A stretch of DNA of 64,000 nucleotides, taken from assembly GCA_964304625.1 (NCBI GenBank), contig OZ199840.1:1318733-1382732 (forward strand). The letters are read 5' to 3'. Below are positions 1 through 13,624 of this stretch, in pieces. Under the pieces are notes generated by a model. It was given only the letters and a program-made list of their open reading frames with translations, did no database searches and was not told the DNA's origin. Position 1 is the stretch's first letter. The number at the start of each line of letters is the position of its first letter. The position numbers were made by a program, and so were the translations under genes. Origin of the DNA: Kudoa neothunni (lineage: Eukaryota > Animalia > Cnidaria).

Positions 1-184
1 AGGCCATGGTTTGTATCTCATATTTTCGTAATCCATTGTTAGATCACTAGAACACACATGGAAAATTGCTGAACATAATTTTTAAAACCCTCTTGTCGAA
101 TGGTGATCACTAGCACTCATTGCAGTGTCGGTCGCACGCATATTTAAAGTGATAAGACGGCGGTTCTGTTTATAGATAACAAAT

Positions 185-1099
185 ATGGTCAAAGTCCGCA
201 TCGATAATATCACTGTGGCTAATAGTGAAGGAAAAATTAATGATCGTTTCTCATTTGAGATAGTATTTGAAGCGTTTGAGAATTTGAATGAAGGTAGAAT
301 ACCGCATAAATATCCTCAATTTACTTTTGAGACGTGATAACTACCATTTTTACTGATACAATGGTAGATATTGAATGGAAGTTAATATATGTCGGTTCGG
401 CAGCCAATGAAAAGTATGATCAACAATTGGAAAGTGTTTTGGTTGGACCGATTCCATGTGGAGTTCACAAGTTTGTATTAGAAGTGTGTTGTTGGATAAC
501 AGATCGTTGTTGCGTCATTAGGTGTTAATATTCAATTTTTGCTTAGAGTGATGCGCCAAAATGGGAACTCATTCCCAAAAATGATATTCTGGGATACACT
601 GTCGTAATGCTAACATCCAGTTATTTGAACCAAGAATTCTGCCGTGTTGGATACTACGTGATCAATGAGTATGTGGATGAGGAGTTGCGTGAGAATCCTC
701 CATCACCTCCCATATACGATAAGGTTGTTATTGTCGGTGGTGTTTATTTCGACGATTTGTTCACACATAGATTGTACGAAAAATTATCTCATCCGATCCT
801 AGAGTAACCATTTTCCCCATCAAATGGTCCATTGGTGATACCAACGAATTCCCTTCAATATCCAATGAAAATTCGATGCATAACAATGAAGGTAACAAAG
901 CACCTGATTAGTATAACTTTTCATGTGCCATCCAGAAACAAATGATGATGAAGCCGATGTTTATGTGGACAACAATGATGGTGACGATAATTTGTCCAAT
1001 GATGATGAAGATGAAGATGATGACGAGGAAGAAGAAGAAGAAGATAACGACGACGACGAAGGATCTGACAAAAGCGCTGATCTTGACGATGAACCTTAG
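185..1099 (+). CDS. ASF1: Histone chaperone ASF1 (5 exons: ~185-293, 368-483, 547-723, 771-891, 935-1099) with D/E-rich tail
   Basis: Spliced translation [11 protein letters not shown]...FSFEIVFE...[12 protein letters not shown]...[23 protein letters not shown]...[22 protein letters not shown]...[10 protein letters not shown] matches the ASF1 core; GT-AG introns restore frame; ends in an acidic run then TAG at 1097-1099. Confidence 0.96.
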
Positions 1100-3805
1100 T
1101 GTTAGTGTACCAAGCTGTTGTAAAACCCCACATTCCAATTCCAGGTTATTTTGTGACATAGTTGTTAATTTATCTGCAATATTCAAATTTTTGTTAAATA
1201 TCTTGTTAGGTTTTATCTAGCACCCTTTTTAAAAAACATTTTCCCATTTGTATTTACTCAATTTTAATAAAATATCACGGCTGGTCTTAAAATAATTATA
1301 ATTTCTTTAAAAAAGCTGTGGTTAATTCTAGATGAGTTTTTATGTTGAATATTTTTCGCTCCTATGAATGCATCTTCTCTCAGTGTTTTAAGTTATAACA
1401 AACTTCTCTAAGGCTTATATTAAATTTAAGTTCCTGGCCTGTCACATCGATCATCTGATTAATTTGATATGCATTATGTATCGCTTTGCTATCTCGTGCA
1501 TTACACTACGCTCACGTCTTTACAGTTACGCGGTTGTCCTAATTTCTAATTACTGTTTTTAAATGTCTCATGTAACATTTGTCATCTTACGTGAAATATT
1601 AAAATTCATAGTGTTCATGTATCATATGTTTTCGTATCATCATGTCAACATTATTATTAAGTTGACATTTACTTATATTATATTTTATTATATTATATAT
1701 TAATTAATTAATTAATTTTTATAGGAAAGGCCATTGACACGGATCGTAATATCCAGGTAGGTATAATTTTGACTGTACTTAACTAAACACAGCAGATTCT
1801 AAAAATTAACTTTATATATCAACTAACTATAAATTGAGATGCCGAGATTAAAAACTGATGACGCGCGTGCGAAGTTGGCATTTTGGTTTAAGAAATCCCG
1901 TGTCAATAGTCATTGCCACTTTTGTACTAATAGTCGTTGTATTTTATGTCATCGCTCAAGAGAATTTTATTGATATTTTTACGCTCGTAGGAAGGATCCA
2001 TCGCGAGTTTAAGGCATCAGTAGCACATAGCAGCGACACTACAACTAGAATGGTTATTTACATAGAAAGGGAGATAATTTGTAACATATTTATAATGACG
2101 TCACACCCACCAAAAACATATTTACTCTGAAATAAATTATAAATAGTACACTTGAAAATTAAATATATATTCAATAGCACGTATATATATATATATATAT
2201 ATAAACATTACAGATATGAAATCGTAACCCCGCCGTTCAGAAAATTACTAATTAGAAATTGTCGATCAGAAATTTTTATAATACATTATGTATTGTTAGC
2301 CACTGATGTAATAAGTAATTTATAAGATATAAATTTTTAAAATTCTTAATCTAAATTTCTGCTTAAGTGATAACGTTTATGTATAGAAGACTCCATATTT
2401 GCGAGTAGTTTGTTCCACTACTTATTGAGGATATGGAGAAACAACGATAGGTGAAGCACCCTTAAAAATCAACTCCCAGCATTAAAATATCATTCTTTTC
2501 TTATTTAAAATTAATAGCATGATTGGCATAAGTAAATAATAAAATTTCAAGTGAAGCGAGAATTTTCGAGTACAGATGATCAATCATGAGGAGGCTTAAT
2601 GGGGATTGAAGCCAACACACGGGAGCATGCGCCAAATTTATATTTAGGTTGAAATAAATATTTATAAAATTAATTTCCTCAAAAATTTGTTATCAATATT
2701 TTTTATCGTTTTAAATTACAAAACTATAAAATTATTGCTGTACTAAGTAGGAAATTAATAATCTTAATACGAGTCTTATAATATACATACGAAATACAAA
2801 TTTAATATAATAAAATTGTAAATTTTATTGAATATTTATGCATTTTTCAAATATTTTTGATGATTTTGCTTTATTTTCGTTCTATGCTGTTCTCTTTTTG
2901 TATACTGTGCAACCTCAGACTTCGACCATCAACCACTCTAGAAGTGTGAGGGAACTCCAAAGTTGCATTGTATTTTTATCACGTAACTATTGGAGATATT
3001 TTCATTTTTTAATAAAACTCGTATTATCTCTGTGTACAATTTATACAATTTATACTTATATGTATTAACTCTATATTCATAAAAGTTAACTTTCCGTTTA
3101 GATTATGAATTTTTTTTCTTTAATTTAGCTTAAGTAATCAAAAAACATTGCAGCTTTTTCCCAAAATTGAACTTATTTAAAAATAATTTTTGTAATCAGA
3201 TAGTCTTTATAATTACTAGAAAATCCGTTGAGAAATATAAAGATTTCAATTTTTATTAATAGTATTAATCGAGAAGTAAATGTTAAGTTAATGAAATAAA
3301 AAATCGCAGGTATTTTTGACAACAATATGAATTTACTAACGCTGATTAACATATAAAATAGAGAAATGGACGCCAATTTAACTTTAGTCGTTGCATAATA
3401 TTTAAAAATATTTTATGGTGATATATTTAGGGAGATAATGCGATCTTTACAATGCTATTGTTGAAACACGTCTCTCACTTTGCTGTTATACATCTGTTGA
3501 TCTAAAAAATTCAGGTGTGATCAGTTAAGTTAGAGATGAGATCTTATTGATCTTATGATGCGAATCTCGATTCTGAAAGAAATAGTACAATTTAAAGATA
3601 TTAATGCTAAATATATTGAAGAATTGTGAAACTACACAGAAATAGAAACCGGTGAAAACCAAAAACCAATATTTCATAGGAAATAATAAGGAAACGTAAA
3701 TAAGAGAGTTAACAGAACACCACTAATCAATTAGTCGTAGCATGCGAACGAAAAAGAAGGATGATGTTAGGTGAGCGAATATGCAATAAAATATTTGCAA
3801 ATGAA

Positions 3806-5834
3806 TCAGGGTTGAACAGCTGCGACAGCTTTCTCTATAGCAATAGTATCATCGAGAGCATCAGCGAAATCTTCATCTTCATTCTTATTATCAATAGTTG
3901 TTGGTTCGATTGTAGTGGCAGTAGCGGTGGTTTGATTATCATCTATACCATAAACGAAAATTTAAAAATTTACACGAGAAAAATCTCTACTCTGATTGAT
4001 ATCAGGTGAGGAAGTAATAGTGGTTGAATTAAGTTTGGCGCCACAAGTGCAAACGTTAGAGGATTCGTGCTTTGGCGATGTGGATTGGTCGGTATCAGGA
4101 GTGATAGCAGGTGATGAGGTTTTTTTCTTACTTTTTCGGAAAAAGTTGCATTTGTTGGCAATGTTTTGGTAGAAAGAAGCACGCGGAGGTTTGACGATAG
4201 GATCACAAGGGGTATCGAGGTCTTGGCTGGGTTTTAACAATAGTTTATCATCGATTTGCGCGTTTAAGAGGTTGTCTTCTATATCATTGGCTTTGGGAGA
4301 AGTGTTTGCGTTTGTGCTTGGGAGATCCTCTTTTGTTGTCAACTCAACGGTGTTGCTTCCGTGAGGAGATCTGTTGGCAGCTGTATTGGAAGCACTGATA
4401 GTCTTGGCGTCTTTGTTGGAAGGAGTGGTGGTACTGTTGGACACTACCACAGTTGCACTCCGCACAGAACCACTACCCAAAATTCTTTAATTAAATCAAA
4501 ACAAAGTATGATTATTTTACGATTTGGATCTCCTGTATCTGTTTCGAAAACTGAGACGTTTGTAGCTGAAGGATTTGGGTCGTGTTGATGAAGATTGAGG
4601 AGTTGCGGGGGTGGGTTTGGCGTTAAGTTGATCGCTCCAATCGGGCCAGAATAGCTCCTTCACACGTTCATAATGAGTCATCAAGTTCGCAAAATCATTC
4701 TTTATTATATTAACTAATGGATTGGTATGGTTGGAACAGACAATATTGGAAACAATTGCAAATGCAATACAATCCAATACACAGGGAATCTCACCCATAA
4801 AATATAGTCTAGATTTGACCATAGTTGAAATGAATGAATCTCAAATGTGTGTGATAAGATTACTTTTCACCGAGAAGTTGAGAAAGGTTCTTAAAGTCTT
4901 CTTTGGCAACACTTTTAATGCCTTCTTCACACCAGTTGTAGAACCCCAGTGAGTACATTCGCTGTTTAATGAATTTTTGAGATTTTTTTCTATTTTTGAT
5001 AATTTTTAATGCATTTTCTTTATTGGTTATGTGATTGGAATCACGAACTACATCCTTCCAACCGTCAAAGTTTTCTTGGTAGCGATAAAAATCGACAATA
5101 AAATTGGTTTGATCAATCAATACTGTGGAGAATGCCCTAGAATTAATTACAATTATTATTATTATTATGATGATGAAATAACGCTAGAATTAATTTAAAA
5201 GTCAAAAAAACATATAAATTAAACAAGGACTTTGAATGTGAAGCAGAATAATGTGATTACCTCACTGTACTATTTTCCACCACCGATAAATGACCATCAA
5301 TGCCAATTTTAGACCTCAAGTTTAAATAGTGCAACACCTTCTTGATTCCTGTTAGCAGATAACCCTCATGGTTAATGTAGGCAGGTTTGTTCAATTTTTT
5401 TACATCATATCTCACATTGAAGTTTATTTTCATCATACGGAAAGTGGTTTCCAAAGCCAGACTGTCGAAAGCCAAACACGGGATGGTACCTCCCTTCACA
5501 TGGCGATGCAAGCTGAACATCGGTTTCCCTTTGATACTGCTTTTCACAAATGCTTGTGCATAATGTTGATTGGTCATCGAGGAGTTAAGGATGTCTCCAT
5601 TTCTCACTAGGTTTCCATAAAAAATTAAATCAACCATTAATTGGAATTACTTGATAGTTTGGGCTGTCTGTCCTCGATATTTTCCAAGTGATCTTCTTTT
5701 GCTTCAGTCATACTAGCAGACACCTTGCCATTGGGGATGGTTAAATTAGTTCCATTCATGTTGGCAGCAGGGCCTGTTGGCTTCGCTTCATCTTCAAAAA
5801 AACTTGGGCATTCCGCTTGTGCATCAAACGACAT
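3806..5834 (-). CDS. fax: Failed axon connections / metaxin-like GST-fold protein with low-complexity N- and C-terminal extensions (multi-exon)
   Basis: Motifs PCLAFDSLALETTFRMMKINF (fax N-domain-like), DFKNLSQLLG..LYFMGEIPCVLDCIAFA and NLMTHYERVKELFWPDW (fax C-domain-like). ORFs 5637-5888, 5257-5637, 4860-5120, 4517-4822 and 3962-4480 join through short GT-AG introns; last exon ends TGA at 3808-3806. Confidence 0.78.
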
Positions 5835-7777
5835 CTTTCTCTGTAATAATTGGTTTACAATCTCCTTATCTACAACGTAAACAACCAACTACAACTTGTG
5901 ATTAAAATCTTCTAAGTACTTTGTTTTATTGAGTCAATCAAGTCCAATAACAAAAATAAAAGCTTTTCTAGTAAATACGATTATTGTTTTGTGTAGAGTT
6001 GTTGATGTGGTAAACTAACACGTACTCTACCTTCGCACTCCCTAGCTCTAAGGACAATCGGTCACTCTCAAAACTGCTATTAAACTACCGATAATTTTGT
6101 TTGTTGCTACGTATCTCAACCAGTGACCATGACTACCAAAAAATAACTAAAATCTATTGTTCAGAAGTATTCTAACGTCAAAATTATCTATGTGAATTAG
6201 TAACAATTGCTACACTATTAATAAGTGTAATTGACGGTGGCTACTCTAGCGAGCAGTGCCGTCCCCGTTTATCGAAATACGCGAAACTACGCCCTCAATA
6301 ATGAATATTAATCGAACCAAAGTTGAAATTTAGTCAGTAAGTTAAGTAATATTAATATTTCAAATATGAGACAATTATCAAATGACAACACTGAAATAGA
6401 CAGGGATTTGATGATAACAGGTGTTGATCCCAATGTTGGGTCCTTATCTGAATATATTCGAGCACCCTATACGTTATCCGTTAATCTTACACATAACTTG
6501 GTTGAGACAGTTTAGTTCTGATTGAATAGATTAGTAGATAAAATAATTATCTTATCCCGGAGAACAATATTTTCTATGTTTGTCTATTCAGTGGGTGGTC
6601 TTTTGTTAAAGTTTAACTCCCCAGTGAATAAAAAGAACTTGAGAATGACCATGTTTCCTCATGATGTAGTTGAATAACGTAATCAAATCATGATGATTAA
6701 TTGGCAAATTATTTTAATTTTCATTAGAATTTTGATAATAACGAATATTTAATACTTTTTATAGGAATCTAAATTCCTCATATATCTTGAGGATTGTATG
6801 TGTAATGGTGTATCTCTTGTTTCTGCTCCCTTGGCACCTAATGATAAACCCTCATAGTGAATTGGGGAACTTTATTAAGTTCTGCATATTTAAGAAATAT
6901 ATTTTAACTTTATTTCCATAATAGAGATCTGCATCTATTGGTTTAATTCGATCATCAGATTCTAAATAATTAATAGGAACCTAAAAATTATGAGGTTGGT
7001 TATAATACTTTAAAAAAATTGGTTGTAATTAATTTACTATATTTTAAAAGACATCGCTCTTTTAATTAGCACACATATGAGTGATGAATCTCGTGACTGC
7101 ATAATTATTTGCTTTAACACTGAACAAATAATTAAAGTTGTCTTTTCATCCACAAAGAATAAAACCGCTTAAATTTCTTAATATATATTTAAGCTTAATA
7201 GTAAACCAATAAATATGTTAATGAAGCTATAAATTATAAAAATAATATTATAAGACATAAATATTAATACTGGATTATAATTTCATCTTTCATATTTATA
7301 AATTTTGTCATCCGTCGAATTTAATTGAAACAGTATATAGAATTATTAATATTATGTTTATTTATAATTCTCGTCCTCAGTTTAATCTTTCTTAAACAAA
7401 ATTTGTCGTTTTCTCCAAATGCAAAACAACATTTGTTTCATTAATTGAAATTACTTAGATTCTTACAAAAGTACAAAATTTTTTTATTCTCTCCAACAAG
7501 CCATGATATGATTAAATACTAAAACAAAAAGTTGACATTTCTAAAGTTATGTGACATTATTTCATAAATCCAGTTAATATAATTTCTATGCATAGCAGTT
7601 GAAATAATTGAATTACGTTAGAAAGAAATAAAGCTTAACTCCAATAAAAAAGTTTTGATATTCAAGAATGTTTATTCGATAAATTTTATATTAATCCAAA
7701 ATATATTAGCGCTCTGTCGCTCAACTGAAATTTTTCGCATATTTACTATCCTTAACGATATATACGTATATATATAT

Positions 7778-7842
7778 ATACATACATACATACATACATA
7801 CATACATACATACATACATACATACATACATACATACATACA

Positions 7843-7872
<30 letters not shown>
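7778..7872. repeat. (TACA)n microsatellite, ~23 units, preceded by a short (TA)n
   Basis: Direct perfect tetranucleotide repeat in the sequence. Confidence 0.98.
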
Positions 7873-7873
<1 letters not shown>

Positions 7874-8807
7874 TAACGCGAAAGCCCCCGCTTTGTCCGG
7901 GAGTGGGCCAATTTAAATAAAGGAAAATCTTGGAAAATTAGTAAAATATTAATTACTTTATTATATAACATATATCCCCCGACTGAACAATATAAACTCA
8001 TAATTTGGTTATAACATCATTATTTTGACGACCGTGTTATGTGAAATAAAATTTCATTCGTATAAAATTACCCGACTTCGTCTAATAGTGGGATCATTTA
8101 ACTATAAAAACAATCTTTATCTTTCAACCGACCCGCCGATTAAAATACTAAACGGAAACCTTAATCATAATATCGTCTTTTTAAAATCAATGTTAATCAA
8201 AATAAACAGTAATATCCCAGTCCTCTTCATTTTCATTTGGAATGGACTTTATCTACAATTAGAAAGAAAAATCTCGGAGAACTCTTTTGAAGCTTTAATC
8301 GCTTTAACTAACCCGTGGATTAACACACTAATACAAAATGTGTGAACAGTGTTGCACTTAATGAAAACGTGTTAACTTTAATTTAAATCCATACAAAATA
8401 ATAATCAACTCCCGAGAATTAATCTCCCGCTTGAATAACACATGATTGTTTACCCGGCCTACCTACGCAGGCAAAAACATTATAGAACTTCCCAACTATG
8501 TTCTAATACTAAAAAATAGAATATCACAACCTTATAGTTGAAACAGCTGCGGAAAATCAAAGTTATCTACGCATACCTCTGTATTATATTGAGAGTCACA
8601 TGCTAAAGTAATCTTGCTATTGTCATGTGTAATCTACCCACAAAAAGTTTACACCACCAATTCACCAGTTTTTAGGCGGTCGGTAAACTGCATAATATTT
8701 TTATTGATATTTTTGTACTTTTAAAGTATAAAAATAATCTTAAATAATAAAAAAGATTTTACTATAAGAATATGAATTCACGGACAATACAACTTTATAT
8801 GTATAGA
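7873..8807 (-). mobile_element. Probable non-autonomous Helitron
   Basis: Minus strand starts A|TCTATACATATAAAGTTGTA (same 5' end as at 49012) and ends with a GC-rich hairpin CCCGGACAAAGCGGG ~11 nt before a degenerate CTAG (TTAA) abutting the microsatellite; no TSD or TIR. Confidence 0.55.
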
Positions 8808-10239
8808 TATCTACCACAAAAAATATATATAAACTAAAACTCGATGTGTTGTATCTTTTGTTAAAGCTGAAGTTTTAATATTTTTAGATGCCGAATAGTT
8901 TTGAAAATGAGAAGTTAACTTAAATATTATTACACATGCACAAACAACTTGATAAATGTAGGCATATTGATTATATTCAGTCATGATGTACAAATCCGAT
9001 GCAAAATAAATTTTCAATGCATTTTAAAAATAGTGTGAAATTTTTACGTTGTTATGATACACCAGAATAGGATTTTTATTTAATTTTTTCTCGTTAATAG
9101 ATGCTGATATCTAAAACAAATTATTTTAACTTTATAAATTGTAATACCCAACCATTTTTATCCAATATATTATCTTTAGACAGCAGAAAATAGTTTAGGC
9201 ATAAAATGTTTAAGATTTATTTTTTTTAATTTGTTGGAAGATCACTGAATTTAAAAAGATTAAGATAAATTTTTCATGGGGCTTAACAGGTACCACACGC
9301 CAGTATAACCGTAATTTTTTCACACAATAAGATACGGTATAAAGTTGATTATCAGCACAAGCATCTAAACACCACTAAGAAATTAAATTTTAAAACTATT
9401 AATAATAACTTTAAAATTAAAAAAATAATTTTGTCAATTTAATATTCGTTGAAATATGAATTTGTATTATTAAACTCTTGAAAGAACTTTTAGAGATATT
9501 TTTAAATATTTTATAGATAAAAAATTATGTCTATAATGGAGTTACATTTATTTTTTTATTTCGGCCTCTCACCTTACCGAATCACGCAATACAAGAGACC
9601 TCAATATCAAAGTAAATACCAATTAAATATTTTTGGCGCTTATATTCTTTACGTATTTGATATTTGTTTAATTTTTATTTCGTTATTCTATCAATAGATA
9701 TAGGATTAATGATATAAATGATGTATGATCTGGCGTCAATATACTATTGGTACTTCTTTATAATAAAGCAAAATTATTACTAATAAATATGCTATGTAAA
9801 TATAAAAATAAGAATCATTTAATCTCTATAAACCTATAATGATTTAATACCTAAAATATTTTTATCTAAATCCAAAAAAATCTGATTGATCTCTCAATTG
9901 TAAATTAATAACATGTATTTATGAAATTAATTAAAGATCGGATCAAATTTATAAAGAAAAAGAACAAATTTTGATGTTTTTGATTACAGTTAAATTTCTA
10001 ATTTTAATCATGATCGAGTATCATAGACAGCGTTTCAATTGATAAAACCGCTCATCAGATGAGTTCAAAATTAACTTAATATAAACAGTAACATCGATTG
10101 ACGGTTAGATAGGGTATTTATCTAAAAACAGTCCATTTGAACATATACACCAAAGATTGTTAGATTTTCCAGTTTGGGTCCTTTCTTAGTGGGTTTCTAA
10201 GTAAGGTTAAATAAGTTATTTGTATTTTCTCACCTTGAA

Positions 10240-13200
10240 ATATCAACCATAACTTTTGGGCTTTCTATCAGAAAAACTAACGAACCTCCTAAATATCATC
10301 AATGAGAATCCCGAAATTTTTTTCACACATATAGTCATACACTCTATTGTTGTTGTCATTTTCATACGAATAGGGCCTAAATAGATTCAACAATTCATCC
10401 AAAATAACAGTTAAATAATAAATTACATTTTGTCAGCATAATAATAGGAGGTGGGTGTGTGAGTATCAATATTTTCTGCCGTAAAGTTACGGATTGGCGA
10501 TCCTGGCACCACAACTTTGTGTTTATAACTAAAACGATAAATCAAAAAAGAGATAATTGACAACACTAAACATACACATTGACATTTTCAACATTAGTGT
10601 CAGGATCAACAATGGCAACTCTAAAATTATTAAACGATATTACACCAAACTCACCGCGACCTGCAAAAGGGAAATACTTGGTGAGTTCAGTGGTTTCACA
10701 TTTAGTATATTTAGCTTTGCACGAGCATTCTAATAATTAAGAGAATATATTAAGGTTTAGTGGAGCAGTTGGATTACCGTGAGGCCAACTAGCAGTGAAT
10801 ACTGTGTACAGGAAATAGGTAACCCCGTACGAATATAAACAAAGCATGATGAGGTCAATCAACCAAATAATCAGCAACAACAGTAGAATCACAATCAGCG
10901 AAATAAATATCGAGTCCAGGGTGCTAGTGACAGCCCCAATGTAAGGGTTTTCTTGAAATAAAATCAATCAAAAATCAAATATTTAGAATTATTCAAATAA
11001 AGAGATATTAATAGGTGGTACGTACTTCCAGCAATAACAATGAAATCTCTACTATATCTATTTCCAAGAAAATTTGAGGCTCCAACTTTAACCACATAAA
11101 AGTTGTCGGCTGACAGCCCCGTAATCATAAACTCTGTGGAGTAGAGATTGGTAATGAAATTGCAATGGCTGTGTAGATTGGAGATATTGAAATAATCAAT
11201 ACGGCACCATTCAATTGAAAACACATAATTGGAATCGTTGAAATTTCTCATAGGATATTGCCACATGAGATGTAAGTCGATACCATCAAGAAAAAGCACA
11301 TTATTCAAGATACTTGGAGGATGCGGAGCTCCTACAATGAGATGAGAATCGATAATAAAAATCGAAGAAATAGCAAACAAGCAGATCCAATTACCAACTT
11401 CAAGTGTCCTAAAAGATACCGTGTCTGATGGTCGGCTCCAACCTGATATAATGTGACTTCGTATTTGAATATTCCAAATGGTGTTTCTAAGGAGACCTTC
11501 CACTTGAACAAAGTTTTTTTTCTCAAGAATAGTGAAATACAAAAGATGATTCTTTGTAAACAGTAACACCTAATAAGGAGTTTAGAGAATAAAAGAGTTG
11601 ACTCAATTAATTACCTGAAAATCATGGTAGCTGGATTTGAGATAGAATTCATTAAAGTCCCATCGTATAATAGCACTTGTAGTGTCTACATGGGACACTC
11701 TTATGTTGGCGGGTGGATCAGGTTCCTCTAAAATTTTTTGAAACAATTTAGAAATTCCCATCATAAATAGAAATAGTCACATACCCATTAAGGCTACCAA
11801 TATATCCAATGAATCATATCCATAGGTGTTCTCAGCAACACACGTGTAGACACCAAGTTGGCTAGAATCGGTGAAGGAAAACACATAATTGAGAATCAAC
11901 TGATTCATATTTTGATCGATAGAAATTCCTGCTTCTTTTATCTCGGTACCATTGAACGTGATATATAGTCGACTGAATGGAAGATTTTCAGAAACGCATT
12001 TTATATTGGCAACATTGTTGTATTTGGTGACAAACACAACGATCGTGGAGATATTTGCGTTGATGAAAGGTTTTTCTATTCGATATTAAGCTAGATCTAT
12101 TGAAACAGATAATACTATCAATTACCTTCATTGTAAAGCTCTACATCTTTTACATCATAGGTTCTTTGGCCATTTTTAGTGGCGTTATTATCGGCCACAC
12201 AAGCATAAATCCCTGCGTCTCCTTGAATCATGTAATCAAAGAATAACTCGGAAGCATTTGGTCGAATCTAACAAAAATCTTGCATAAAATCTATCTTATT
12301 GGAACAAATTGGTTACTTGTCTGTAATTGCCAATAGGTTGGTTGTTTCTCCACCAGGTGATTTGGGGAGGGGGTTGGCCTTCCACTTCACACACTATAGA
12401 CACGTTAGCCCCAACACGGCCGTAACCATTATTTAGACGGACAATTCTAGCGGGTCCTAATAGGAATTTAAAAATTTCTTATTATATACTCAAACAAAAA
12501 ATTACGTATGACTCCCATAATTTCTGTGGTTGAGGAGATTGTTCCAAAGTTGTTCTCTGAAACACACGTATATGTACCGATATCGAGTTCCTGAATATTG
12601 CTTATTTTTAGAGTTCCTGCCATTTCCATTTGATATTTTCTTAGACTGTCACGTTCGATCCGGGTTTCTTCGGTGGAGTTATTCCGTTTGAAAAGCCAAT
12701 AATTGTTCAGATCCATTCCATAGGTACTGCATTGGATTACTCCTTCATCACCAACAGTAAATTGGTAACGCTTTAAGGGGTAAACTGCTCGAAATGGAGC
12801 CGCTAAATATCCATTATAATGAGATTGAAACTCAATTTAATAATCTCAAATTAATAATTACTTCCGACAAATACTTCAAACTGTTTGGTTTCTTTGACAG
12901 TCTTGTCACTATCCAACAGACTAGCCACATAAGTGGCCGAATCGTTGTATCTTACGCTTTTTATCAGCAAATTACCAAACCCGTCAACAACATAGCGACC
13001 GGTCGCCGGCTTTGTGGAAGCAGCAGGATTGTAGGTAATCAGAGGCTGGGATGCACCTTTAATACTCCATTGAATAGGTGTGGCTAGAATGTTCGATGAT
13101 CCAACATATATAGTTTGATCCTTGGACAAATCGATAAATTGAATTGGTCTGAATTCTGAAATTGTGGCTATATCAGCGTGTTTAATAACGCCTTCATTTA

Positions 13201-13624
13201 TAAATAATACCATGCTTGGTCAGCATCAGATGCAAAGTTGTATCGATTCCTTGATCATTTTTTAGATGACACGAATAGGTGGTCAATGTTTCGGGTTTAT
13301 TCTTTTGTAAAATTAGCAGGGAATATTTATCCCCATGCATGATGGTAGCTAGATTGTTTTGGTCAATAACCTGATTGTTCTTTTTCCATTTCACAAAAGT
13401 GTTCCCCTGGAAACAACAAACTATGCAAATCTCAGGAAGGGATGGCGTTTCGACGTAGATCATTGGCGAAGTGCTCTGACCACATCGTTCATCTACTATC
13501 GAATAGGTTATTCAGTTCAAGTTTTAATGATTATTCACCATCGGAAATAAATACTCGACTTACTCGTATAAATAAAGTGCTCTCTGCCGCAAAGAACCAC
13601 TATCAAAATGTGAAATATTAGCAT
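10240..13624 (-). CDS. Ig-superfamily cell adhesion molecule: signal peptide, 5 Ig-like, 2 FN3, TM, cytoplasmic tail (NCAM/Fasciclin II-like); 3' end approximate
   Basis: N-terminus MLIFHILIVVLCG; Ig F-strand motifs TYSC, DSATYVA, DIGTYTCVSEN, DAGIYACVADN, LGVYTCVAEN; FN3 motifs EPDPPANI..W, GLLRNTIWNIQIRS, GLSADNFYVVKVGASN; TM ISLIVILLLLLIIWLIDLIMLCLYSYG. Confidence 0.82.

Noticed and set aside
908-1220. Three overlapping ORFs rich in Met, His or Phe
   Set aside because: Alternative frames and antisense of the GAT/GAA-rich ASF1 acidic tail.
5607-5650. TAATG stop-start overlap between ORFs 5637-5888 and 5257-5637, suggesting translational coupling
   Set aside because: It lies inside a ~44-nt GT-AG intron that joins the two ORFs in frame.
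6007-6870. Possible decayed Ty3/gypsy remnant (KFNSPVNKKNLR, LVSAPLAPNDKP)
   Set aside because: Only short, weak motif resemblances; no RT/integrase core, paired LTR or TSD.
7655-7876. ORFs with HTYI / MYVC repeats
   Set aside because: Translation of the (TACA)n microsatellite; no spacers, so not CRISPR-like either.
10020-10065. Hammerhead-like core on the minus strand (CTGATGAG...GAAACGCTGTC)
   Set aside because: Stem II barely pairs and stem I is out of register by one base; single copy.
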